Part shown: positions 18,531 through 26,714 of the stretch, piece after piece
How the letters are laid out: each line of letters starts with the position of its first letter
How positions within the stretch are numbered: the stretch's first letter is position 1
From: a virus
IMG/VR virus record: IMGVR_UViG_3300008267_000018
Span: 20,613 to 84,612 of that record
Reading direction: 5' to 3' (one strand)
DNA length: 64,000 nt
Position numbers and translations under genes: made by a program
The notes under the pieces: generated by a model
Told to the model about the DNA's origin: nothing
The model's database searches: none
Seen by the model: only the letters and a program-made list of their open reading frames with translations

Positions 18531-18596
18531 GGTACTTACTGTTCGCTATTCGCAAATAGCGAATGTCAGCATAACGTTAGTGTTATGTGCCGTAGG

Positions 18597-18626
18597 TTAG
18601 ATCAAGCCGAGAATCCTAAGCCAGGA
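18597..18626 (-). pseudogene. stranded original 3' end (SWLRILGLI*) of gene 19161..19520
   Basis: TCC TGG CTT AGG ATT CTC GGC TTG ATC TAA versus the current tail SWLSILGLI*. Confidence 0.8.
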
Positions 18627-19158
18627 GTTTACAACTGATTTCAGGCAATACATTTAATACTGAAAAATCTTTGTAAACATCTTTAACAAAGCAATTGTAT
18701 TCATAGGCTAAACGAGCAGGGCATATGTGATGAGCAAGATGTTTAGACTTACCGTTTAGAGTAACGGTAGACCTAAATAAACCTCTTGTCTTGTGCCATG
18801 AAACCCCCTTGTAACCCGTAGTGTTACTAGATCTAAGTTTCATGTTTGCTGCGTTTTGAGATCTACTTGATAAACGTAGATTTTCAATACAGTTATTAGA
18901 ACTATCTTGATCTATATGATCAACTTCATATTGACCAGGATCTGTACCTGTGGCCAGATAATAAACAATCCTGGCGCACTTATAGTTCTTTCCATTGATT
19001 TGAATTATAGATCGCTTGGATTTAAAATCATAGGCACCTGCCTGTTCACCAGGTTTGCATCGATTATTAAAGCTGTATTTAACAGCAAGACCAGTAGGAA
19101 AACTGGGGCAAAGTTCATAACGCTTTGCCACCAAATCGTAGTCAGGCATGTTGTGCAT
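18616..19158 (-). mobile_element. HNH-AP2 homing endonuclease
   Basis: VDHIDQDSSNNCIENLR, SSNTTGYKGVSWHK; AT-rich; start adjusted to ATG 19158. Confidence 0.85.
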
Positions 19159-19160
19159 AA

Positions 19161-19520
19161 TTAAATCAATCCAAGAATTGATAACCAAGAATCTACGTGG
19201 TCTGGTTCGACTTCGTCACTGCAGGGAGTGAGGCAGGTGCTGTCGAACGTGTACTCCTCGATCTCTTCGTTGGTTGGGATGTCGTACCATCCTTCGAGAT
19301 CTTCCTTGTCCTGGGCTGAGTAGTTACCACCGGCTGGGATCCAGTAGCACCTGAGGATTCCACGCTTGGTTCTGTAGACATTACCAGTGCAGGCGATGGC
19401 GCCTTTGGGTGCGTCCTGAAAGTCTGTCTCTGCTTGGAACTGCTGGTTACCTTCGTCTTCGTCGAAGGCTTCGTAGCCGAGTGCGTCTGCGATGAGCAGT
19501 TGTTCAGGTTGAAGAGACAT
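19161..19520 (-). CDS. hypothetical protein whose C-terminus is supplied by the HNH cassette
   Basis: DSTCLTPCSDEVEPDHVDSWLSILGLI. Confidence 0.7.
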   Translation of the reverse strand: MSLQPEQLLIADALGYEAFDEDEGNQQFQAETDFQDAPKGAIACTGNVYRTKRGILRCYWIPAGGNYSAQDKEDLEGWYDIPTNEEIEEYTFDSTCLTPCSDEVEPDHVDSWLSILGLI

Positions 19521-19672
19521 GAGATGAGATCTCCGATGAGTGTGATTGAGATTGAGATGAGTGTGATCAGGACAATGGCGATGTCGTCAACAATGTCGAC
19601 CTGCTGTTGATTAGCAGTTGATGTCGGCACAGTTGACGAGTTGTCCTTAGTACGTTGAGTTGATTTGGTCAT
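19193..19672 (-). CDS. membrane protein overlapping 19161..19520
   Basis: hydrophobic helix IAIVLITLISISITLIG followed by an S/T-rich tail in the overlap. Confidence 0.5.
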   Translation of the reverse strand: MTKSTQRTKDNSSTVPTSTANQQQVDIVDDIAIVLITLISISITLIGDLISCLFNLNNCSSQTHSATKPSTKTKVTSSSKQRQTFRTHPKAPSPALVMSTEPSVESSGATGSQPVVTTQPRTRKISKDGTTSQPTKRSRSTRSTAPASLPAVTKSNQTT

Positions 19673-19674
19673 GG

Positions 19675-19818
19675 TTAATCACCGTGGTAAGTGGATGGGT
19701 AGTCAGTGGTATCCCAATCAGATTGATTGGATTCACGCATGGCTTGCTCCTGCTCATAGGCAATGTCTGCCATAGCATCAAGCAAGTCTGCGTTGTAGTT
19801 CTGATCAAGTTGAGTCAT
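19675..19818 (-). CDS. small acidic protein (47 aa, MTQLDQNYNADLLDAM...)
   Basis: read manually; CTCAACTCA leader and pseudoknot copy 7 upstream. Confidence 0.55.
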   Translation of the reverse strand: MTQLDQNYNADLLDAMADIAYEQEQAMRESNQSDWDTTDYPSTYHGD

Positions 19819-19840
19819 GGTCTGAGTTGAGATGGAACGG

Positions 19841-19868
19841 TGAGCAGTTTAAGGACATGCTCAGGTCC
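19841..19868 (-). ncRNA. leader pseudoknot, copy 7
   Basis: GGAC-CTGAGCAT-GTCC-TTAAAC-TGCTCA. Confidence 0.75.
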
Positions 19869-19886
19869 ATACGTAGTACTGATGTA

Positions 19887-20261
19887 CTACCTCATGAGTC
19901 TGTTCTTGAAGTTGGGGATATATACATTGTCTTGGCACGGTTCCTTATAGGACCTGTACGTGACAATTGCATAGATGGCCGCTGGTGTCATGTCGTATGC
20001 CCTGGCAATAAACCCAATTGATTCATTGTATTTAGCACGGGCACGAATGTCATTGACCTGGGCATCACTAAGGAAGCCACGGTAGCGTCCACGTTTGATT
20101 GGGTCTTCCTTGAGGGGAGGACGTTGCCTCACTCTACGGATGACCTTAGTCATTGATATGGGACTGCAGTTGACAATGCTAGCGATCAGATCGTAGCGAT
20201 AACCTTTGCAACGCAGATCCCAAATCTGGTCTTCTTTCAGGATAGAAATGCGTGATTTCAT
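19887..20261 (-). CDS. tandem HTH DNA-binding protein
   Basis: LRCKGYRYDLIASIVNCS and LSDAQVNDIR..IARAYDMTPAAIYAIV. Confidence 0.65.
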   Translation of the reverse strand: MKSRISILKEDQIWDLRCKGYRYDLIASIVNCSPISMTKVIRRVRQRPPLKEDPIKRGRYRGFLSDAQVNDIRARAKYNESIGFIARAYDMTPAAIYAIVTYRSYKEPCQDNVYIPNFKNRLMR

Positions 20262-20283
20262 TGGATTTGAGTTGAGTTGTTGG

Positions 20284-20311
20284 TGAGTAGTTTAAGGACA
20301 TGCTCAGGTCC
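20284..20311 (-). ncRNA. leader pseudoknot, copy 8
   Basis: GGAC-CTGAGCAT-GTCC-TTAAAC-TACTCA. Confidence 0.65.
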
Positions 20312-20422
20312 ATCTAATACTTGGAATCTTAATAACCGTTGTTTATCAAAGATCTTAATAACTAAACAGCCATTACTTTGGTGCTGGCTGTTCGGGTGGG
20401 GGTCTGGGGGTAAACCTAGTGC

Positions 20423-20764
20423 TTATCTTATGTATAGGTATGAACCTGCATAATCACAGTTGTGTAGGCAGGTTTCAAATGATTGATCATCCAGTAGTTG
20501 GTACCGTGCATGTTCCGCTGGTGCTTTCCATGATGCAGGCTTATAGATAGTCCCTGTCTGTCTTGCGACAAATGCATGGACTGATCTGCCTTCATACCTG
20601 GTACCAGGACTAGAGACATGGATGATCTTGTAGTACTTAACCCCTCGCTTAACTTCGAAAGCTACGGGGCTACTGTGCTGTTTGTAGAACTTATCTTGGA
20701 GAGTCTCGCAGAGTTGTTGGATGCGATCCTCGATAAGCTTGGTGTTAGCGCTTAGTGTTGTCAT
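20423..20764 (-). CDS. conserved cyanophage hypothetical protein
   Basis: GVKYYKI..SVHAFV...TG.IYKPASWKAPA..ARY. Confidence 0.7.
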   Translation of the reverse strand: MTTLSANTKLIEDRIQQLCETLQDKFYKQHSSPVAFEVKRGVKYYKIIHVSSPGTRYEGRSVHAFVARQTGTIYKPASWKAPAEHARYQLLDDQSFETCLHNCDYAGSYLYIR

Positions 20765-20942
20765 GTTGTTGAGTAGGAGTTGGGTTGGTGATATCAATGC
20801 CGACTACAGCAGTTGCTGTGAAGCCAGCAATGATAAGTGATAGGGCTGCCACACAGATCTTACTAAGGCGAGTCTCATGAGACGCATAGTAAGAATCAAG
20901 GTGGACAAATTGCCCTGGTGCTAGACGAACGATGTGCTTCAT
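20745..20942 (-). CDS. small membrane protein
   Basis: hydrophobic ICVAALSLIIAGFTATAVVGI. Confidence 0.55.
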   Translation of the reverse strand: MKHIVRLAPGQFVHLDSYYASHETRLSKICVAALSLIIAGFTATAVVGIDITNPTPTQQHDNTKR

Positions 20943-20948
20943 TGGTTT

Positions 20949-21209
20949 TCAGTTGACTGCAAGGATGTACTTAACGCATACGTAGCTTGGCACTACGTAG
21001 TAGCTAGGAATCTCGTTGAGATAGTACCATTCACCCTTGTAGTCAAGAGATATGCAAGAGTTTTCGGTAACAAGCTGTAGTGCTTTGGCGCCTGTGGTGC
21101 ACCAAACCATGTATACATTCTTGTCAAACAGCAGATAGTAATCATGCTCTTTGATGTCAAACTCTTTGAGTGCAGATTGAATTTGAATGTGGTCAAGTGT
21201 GATTGGCAT
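20949..21209 (-). CDS. hypothetical protein
   Basis: 86-aa ORF. Confidence 0.55.
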   Translation of the reverse strand: MPITLDHIQIQSALKEFDIKEHDYYLLFDKNVYMVWCTTGAKALQLVTENSCISLDYKGEWYYLNEIPSYYVVPSYVCVKYILAVN

Positions 21210-21233
21210 AGAGATTCAACTGGGTTGAGTGTG

Positions 21234-21279
21234 TGCAGACGCTGAGGTCTGCAGTAAAGGCCCGAAGGCCCTTAGTGCA
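21234..21279 (-). ncRNA. intergenic double-hairpin element A
   Basis: TGCA CT AAGGGCC TTCG GGCCTTT AC TGCA GAC CTCAGC GTC TGCA. Confidence 0.6.
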
Positions 21280-21283
21280 AACG

Positions 21284-21481
21284 TCAAAGGTAACGCTTAT
21301 CCAGGCAATAGTATGCATCGCCTATAAAGCTACGCATGTATACCAGTTGATGCCCTGCTTTCGCTGGGCAATGTTTGACGTAATAATTGTTGAGTAACTT
21401 CTGTGCTCCTACGGATAAGAGCATACCTGCTCCTACGCCCATAACCATGGCCAGCACAGGTGTTGCGAGTGAGTCTTTCAT
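21284..21481 (-). CDS. small membrane protein
   Basis: N-terminal hydrophobic helix and a Cys pair. Confidence 0.55.
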   Translation of the reverse strand: MKDSLATPVLAMVMGVGAGMLLSVGAQKLLNNYYVKHCPAKAGHQLVYMRSFIGDAYYCLDKRYL

Positions 21482-21520
21482 GTCAGTTGAGCTGAGGTTG
21501 ATTGAGTGTGTTGAGAAGGA

Positions 21521-21793
21521 TCACATGCGTTGAAGCTTGCGCTCTAGTTCCATGTCAATGGAGTAATGATAGTAGTCTTCCATCTCCATGAGCATCTCCT
21601 TCATACTTGTTGGTACGCCACCGCCAAGTGTACGTACGTCACGGTCTAGCCACTCTTGCCATTCGGCATCGGTGTCTGGGTCAAATGTATTCCACAGCTT
21701 CTCAAAGTGAAGCTGGGTTGATTCGCCGCCATACCATGTGACGCGGTACTGTTGTTCGGCGGATGGTTTGTAGACCAGCTCAGGTGTTGTCAT
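21521..21793 (-). CDS. hypothetical protein
   Basis: 90-aa ORF. Confidence 0.6.
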   Translation of the reverse strand: MTTPELVYKPSAEQQYRVTWYGGESTQLHFEKLWNTFDPDTDAEWQEWLDRDVRTLGGGVPTSMKEMLMEMEDYYHYSIDMELERKLQRM

Positions 21794-21818
21794 TGTTGAG
21801 TTGAAGTAGCGTTGATGA

Positions 21819-21864
21819 CAGGATGTTGAGTCCTGCAGTAAAGGCCCGTAGACCCTTAGTGCAG
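21819..21864 (-). ncRNA. intergenic double-hairpin element B (paralog of A)
   Basis: CTGCA CT AAGGGTC TACG GGCCTTT AC TGCAG GA CTCAACA TCCTG. Confidence 0.6.
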
Positions 21865-21867
21865 AAG

Positions 21868-22041
21868 TCAGAGTTCAGGTTTAGGAGTAATGACGAATGC
21901 CACATCGTTAGGCATCAGTAGTGCTGCTGCCCTGATGCGGTATTCATTCAGCTTGGTGCTGACATACTCCTTAGATTTGTCACTCTCCAGCATTGCTGCT
22001 GTCGAGATGAGTGCATTGGCTAGTCCTTTGCGGATACCCAT
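21868..22041 (-). CDS. hypothetical protein
   Basis: start adjusted to ATG 22041 (MGIRKGLA...). Confidence 0.55.
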   Translation of the reverse strand: MGIRKGLANALISTAAMLESDKSKEYVSTKLNEYRIRAAALLMPNDVAFVITPKPEL

Positions 22042-22116
22042 GTTGTGTTGTGTAGATGCCACTGAGTGTGGCAATTCCTGACCAGGGGATTTGATCCCCC
22101 GGCATCACGCTTGTGA

Positions 22117-22308
22117 TCAGGCAAGCCAATTCTGGTAGATCCAGATACGGCACTCATCGTAATCAAGGTTGACGTTGGGGTCTTTGCACATGGCAGAAGC
22201 CTGAGCCTCTACCCATGTGCAAACGTGGCAATCAACCATGACAGGCAGCTCGATGCCACATACTGTTGCAACGTAATCGCCCTGTTGATTAAGTGAGATA
22301 CAGTTCAT
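22117..22308 (-). CDS. small Cys-rich protein
   Basis: 63 aa; leader motif and pseudoknot copy 9 upstream. Confidence 0.55.
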   Translation of the reverse strand: MNCISLNQQGDYVATVCGIELPVMVDCHVCTWVEAQASAMCKDPNVNLDYDECRIWIYQNWLA

Positions 22309-22338
22309 GATGTTGAGGTGAGTTGATGTGGGTTTGAT

Positions 22339-22363
22339 GCTACGTTTAACGTCCAGCTTGACG
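22339..22363 (-). ncRNA. leader pseudoknot, copy 9 (variant)
   Basis: CGTC-AAGCTG-GACG-TTAAACG-TAGC. Confidence 0.5.
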
Positions 22364-22561
22364 TGTAATCCCGAGCTATTACATCGGAATTAACTAGTAT
22401 TATCAGGTAGCTATAGGATCACTGTCCTATTTGAACGCTGTGATAGCAAGGGGTTTGACCCTAAATAGCGCCCGAAATGTGTTGATTTGGTAACAAATAA
22501 CAGGTATTGAGGGCTATATGAACCCCTGGTTGCCCAGGGGAATAGGTAACCGTCTACGAAG

Positions 22562-22870
22562 TCAGGCCTTCACCTTCGCGCGGAACACATACTTGTCCGC
22601 CTGCTTGGTGCAGTAGACAATATACGTGCGTGCTTCGTGATAACCTTCGCCGCAATAGGCTCCGTCTCGTTCTGCTTCCCAACATGCCTCGGCTTCTTCA
22701 AACCTCAGCCATGTTGATAGCGATACAATAACGTCTTGCGGCTTCACTCCATACCTACGGAGTTGCTGCTCTGTCATTGTTACACTCTTGCCATACCACA
22801 GGTGGCTGGCTACCATCTGGCAACGGTCGTCAAACTCGACAACCTTCTGCTCTTCCTTCGTCAGTTGCAT
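22562..22870 (-). CDS. hypothetical protein
   Basis: 102-aa ORF at the head of the left arm. Confidence 0.6.
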   Translation of the reverse strand: MQLTKEEQKVVEFDDRCQMVASHLWYGKSVTMTEQQLRRYGVKPQDVIVSLSTWLRFEEAEACWEAERDGAYCGEGYHEARTYIVYCTKQADKYVFRAKVKA

Positions 22871-23124
22871 TAGATTAGATGCGATTGGACTCTGCGTTGT
22901 ACGGATGCGCAGCCCCCGCTATTCCCCTCCTACATACCTAAACTTCTCAAGGGTATGCACCCTTTCTTTTTTTCTTTCCGGTATTTGTTTCGGAGGGGTT
23001 GTTGGAGAAGGCTCAGGAAAATCATTTACCTTTTTGGCCCTATAAGGGGCCATTTCGAAGTAAAAAAATTAAGTAATATTCAATCTTTGTGATGTTTTTA
23101 CCTAGTTAGCCCAAGTTTTTACAC

Positions 23125-23150
23125 AAAAAAGCCGAGGTGTTATCCTCGGC
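23125..23150 (-). terminator. intrinsic terminator
   Basis: GCCGAGG-ATAACA-CCTCGGC followed by TTTTTT, after 23176..23382. Confidence 0.75.
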
Positions 23151-23175
23151 GTATCAACTTATGTTTTCGTTATCT

Positions 23176-23382
23176 TTAGAAAGTATCCCTTGCGGCTTCT
23201 GCAGCACTTACAGCTTTAGCATATTGCTGCCAATCGGGCTTTTGACGGGCTAATTCACCCCTGGAACCCTGAATAAACGTACGTACTTCAATTGGATTAG
23301 CTCCTTCGCCAGCCATCTCTTCCGCTTTGGCCTTAATTGCCTTTAAAGCAACAATTCGTTGAGCCCTATCGTTTGCGTCCAT
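23176..23382 (-). CDS. hypothetical protein
   Basis: 68 aa with its own terminator. Confidence 0.6.
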   Translation of the reverse strand: MDANDRAQRIVALKAIKAKAEEMAGEGANPIEVRTFIQGSRGELARQKPDWQQYAKAVSAAEAARDTF

Positions 23383-23511
23383 TGTAAAAAATTAGTTTTT
23401 ACCCCAATTGGGCGTTAAACTTTTTTGATTCCCTTAGTCTATAACATCTACTTTCTGCATAACACCACGTAAAATACAAATATCAAGAATTTAGTAAGCA
23501 AATAGTTTCTA

Positions 23512-26493
23512 ATGGCGTTAGCACCGGCCGATTTTTACGCATACAGCCGTGCCACTGGGACTCCATACCCAGAAGATCCGCAGGAAAGGGCTGAAATGGC
23601 CCCTGCTGTAGCCGAATTCCGCCGTAATCAACTCAAAGCACCTCAACAGGAGTCAAATCTACTTGCCACCATTGGTGCCGCAGCCCTGGGCCTTGGTGCA
23701 TTAGCTGGTGGTGCGTATGGTGCCAGGCGTTTGTTCAAAGCTCCCCAAGGAGTGCGGGAAGCGGGGCGCAAAATCACTGATCTTCCCAGTGCCGAAGCTG
23801 TTTTACAGAGGGCTGCTGAGCCCTACAAACTCGCAGATACCACCCCACCTCCCTCTAAAACTGCAATTCCCCAAGCTACGGTTGATTTAACAACTATCCA
23901 GGAAACTCAAAAGCCTGCTGTTGTCAAACAACAGGTAGAAGCAAACGACACTGGAGCAGATCAACTGACTGGCCGTGTTGATCAACAGATGCAACGTGAT
24001 ACAGACTTTGTCAAATTTAGTCGTCAAGCAGATGTTGTTGCGGAACGCAATGCACGCTTGCGTACGGCTGCAGATCAAATCTGGGGATTTGAAGAAGAGC
24101 TTGAAGAAGCTGGTAAACGCTACCAAGCCTATCGCGCTGGTCAATCACAGTTCCGTCCGTCCGTTGCAGACTTAACTGGGTCGTTGAACATAAAGGGTAA
24201 GGATGTTGTATTTAGCAATCAACTTGAAAGAACACAGGCTGCCCTTGGCTTGACACCTAAAGCTGCTAATGCTCAGATCAGGGATCGCATTATGGCCATA
24301 GCATCTGCTTCTGAGGAAGAAGCTGCACGTTTAATGGATCCAAACGTACCAGTTTCTGAATTGCGTACATTAATGGGTACGACCAAACGACTCAACCCAA
24401 CAATGGAGGTACGCGGCCAGGGACAGATGGGTCCTACAGACTATGAAAACTTCCAAACCAAACGTCTTGCTGAACTTGCAGGCGAAGAAGTTGCCCAGAA
24501 ATTCCTGGAGGAACGTCTAGGTACTGGTGCGACATTGACCGGCATGCGTGAAGTGAATAATCCGGAATATACGGACATCATGTTTAATGAGTTTATTCCT
24601 CATTGGGATGAGCTTGCTGAACAAGGCGCTTTAAAGCCACGCAATACCACTGTCACTGCAGAAGACGTTGAGCGTTATGGGTTGCCTCCAGAACGGATGC
24701 ATTCCAATATGTCTTTCTTTGAACGCAAAAATCTGGAACAACAAATTGATCCTGATTATGACAAAGGCGGCACTGGGCTTTATCTAAGTGAGTTTGCAGA
24801 TGCCATTGGCTTATCCAAAATTCCCCAAACAATTATCGAGGGGCAACTTGGTAAACCTTTAACCGAAACACTTGGATCAAAAGAACAATCCAACAAAGGC
24901 ACTACTTTTATCCCTGGTCGAGTACAAGAAGCCGAGGGGAACGTAGAGGGCTCCTTGCGCCAATTACGTGAAATTGACGAAGCAATTCCTGTGCGTGCAA
25001 CCAGGGCAGGCGAAGAAAGTACCGGTGTATTTGCCACCAGTGATCCCGAGCGTCCTTTCCGTCTTGTTGGCGAAGGTCGCCGGGAACGCAACAAAATTAC
25101 CAGCGAAGATATTAATGCACAATCAACTCGCTTACGTGGTGGTTATGAAATGCCGGAAGCTACGCCCTTCTTCCAGACAGGCGGTAACGTCGAAGTAAAA
25201 CTTGACGACAAGGGTTTCATGACTCCTGTTGTAGTCAATGAAAGGGGCGGCAGAACTTTAATTACAAACTTAAATCAAGCAACAAACACACTCGGTGTCG
25301 CAGGTACGCACAAACCAGGCGAAGAAATTCTGCGCATTCAACCTTACATGATGCAGCGCACTGTAGAAGAAGGTGGGCAGCAATTGACTATCAAACAGCC
25401 CCTTTATGGAACTCTTCAGCAACGTACCGCTACAGGCCTAAAACCTGCCGCTGTAAGCAAAGCTGAAGTCCAAGGGATTGCCTCTGGCGCAGCTGAAAAA
25501 TGGAATGGATCCGTCAATAACCGTGTTGATTGGCTTGCGCAAAATGAACCAGGGTATCTAGAGGAGAAAGGGTACGTCTTAGCTCAACAGCAAATCCCTG
25601 GAACCCAACGCGTTAAAAATGTTGTTGTAGCGTCCCCCTTGAAGGCAGATCCAAATCTTGGCGAACCTTATCACTACACAGGTTTTATTGCAGAACAGGT
25701 GCATACCAACCTAAAACAAAAAGGACTTGACTTACCGGTATTGCAAGATCCTTCTGCTAAACATCAATTTATTACTGACGTTACAAATGTAACGACAGAG
25801 CGTGCGGTGTATGGCAAAAACAAAGCCAAAGAGTCTATCTTGATTCCTGGTCGCGTTGCTCAAAAAGGATTAAGTGGTATTGATCCAATGCAATTTGAAG
25901 ATGCAGGAGAGAGTGCAGGGGGTGTTGCTTTCTACACTCCTCGCGTTGATACCATCTCACAAAGAAAAACAGGTGATCAACCAGAGGCTCGAATTCTTCC
26001 TGCCGCTCTTGAATCTGGTGTTGGCCGAACTCAAGAAGAAGTACAAAACACGTTGATGATGCAAGCGGCTAATCGCAAAGAAATGCTGGAAGCAGCGCGT
26101 CTTACTCCTGGCGGCCGAATTAACCGTGAAGCCCTGGGCAGCGAGAGCGACATTCTCAATAAGTATGGCGTTTCTTCAGCTAAGTTAATGCAAGAAGCAA
26201 ATGCTCAAATGTCTCGTTCTCAGCAGTTTGTTAATCAATTACCTCAAGCGCAACGCGCTTTGGCTGAGCAACAACAAAATGCCGTTGCAGCGCAAGAAAC
26301 CGCAGATGCAGTAGCCCGGCATATTGGTAACTATATTTCTGCGGCTACTCAACGGATTGACGACCCCCTCTCCTGGAAAGGCGATGTTAAACTCAAAGGA
26401 GTAGGGCAAAACGCATTACGTCCTTATACCAAACCTTCAGAGGGAATGGTTCAGGCTTTAATTAATATGTCTCGTAGTCGAGGTCAATTATGA
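23512..26493 (+). CDS. large hypothetical protein, possibly internal virion protein
   Basis: 993 aa with one N-terminal Gly/Ala hydrophobic segment; first gene of the right arm. Confidence 0.7.
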   Translation: MALAPADFYAYSRATGTPYPEDPQERAEMAPAVAEFRRNQLKAPQQESNLLATIGAAALGLGALAGGAYGARRLFKAPQGVREAGRKITDLPSAEAVLQRAAEPYKLADTTPPPSKTAIPQATVDLTTIQETQKPAVVKQQVEANDTGADQLTGRVDQQMQRDTDFVKFSRQADVVAERNARLRTAADQIWGFEEELEEAGKRYQAYRAGQSQFRPSVADLTGSLNIKGKDVVFSNQLERTQAALGLTPKAANAQIRDRIMAIASASEEEAARLMDPNVPVSELRTLMGTTKRLNPTMEVRGQGQMGPTDYENFQTKRLAELAGEEVAQKFLEERLGTGATLTGMREVNNPEYTDIMFNEFIPHWDELAEQGALKPRNTTVTAEDVERYGLPPERMHSNMSFFERKNLEQQIDPDYDKGGTGLYLSEFADAIGLSKIPQTIIEGQLGKPLTETLGSKEQSNKGTTFIPGRVQEAEGNVEGSLRQLREIDEAIPVRATRAGEESTGVFATSDPERPFRLVGEGRRERNKITSEDINAQSTRLRGGYEMPEATPFFQTGGNVEVKLDDKGFMTPVVVNERGGRTLITNLNQATNTLGVAGTHKPGEEILRIQPYMMQRTVEEGGQQLTIKQPLYGTLQQRTATGLKPAAVSKAEVQGIASGAAEKWNGSVNNRVDWLAQNEPGYLEEKGYVLAQQQIPGTQRVKNVVVASPLKADPNLGEPYHYTGFIAEQVHTNLKQKGLDLPVLQDPSAKHQFITDVTNVTTERAVYGKNKAKESILIPGRVAQKGLSGIDPMQFEDAGESAGGVAFYTPRVDTISQRKTGDQPEARILPAALESGVGRTQEEVQNTLMMQAANRKEMLEAARLTPGGRINREALGSESDILNKYGVSSAKLMQEANAQMSRSQQFVNQLPQAQRALAEQQQNAVAAQETADAVARHIGNYISAATQRIDDPLSWKGDVKLKGVGQNALRPYTKPSEGMVQALINMSRSRGQL

Positions 26494-26714
26494 CAAAAGA
26501 AAAAAAGAAAGATAAAAAGTGGATTCAAGGCGCTGATATCAAGGAAGGCGCCTTTACTGCCAAAGCTAAACGTAAAGGTATTACCTCTGCTCAGCTCCAA
26601 GAGAACGTATTATCTGATCCAGACAAGTACGATGACAAAACCGTCAAGCAAGCGCGGTTGCGTCAAACCTTGGTAGGATTACATAAGAAGAAAAAAGAAA
26701 AAACCGAAGATTGA
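26490..26714 (+). CDS. small basic protein
   Basis: KWIQGADIKEGAFTAKAK...KQARLRQTL. Confidence 0.7.
   Translation: MTKEKKKDKKWIQGADIKEGAFTAKAKRKGITSAQLQENVLSDPDKYDDKTVKQARLRQTLVGLHKKKKEKTED

Noticed and set aside
1132-22363. Pseudoknot family as a preQ1 riboswitch or intrinsic terminators
   Set aside because: The loop is too short and variable for the preQ1-I consensus and no queuosine genes follow. A 4-bp stem followed by UUAAAC on the coding strand is not a terminator.
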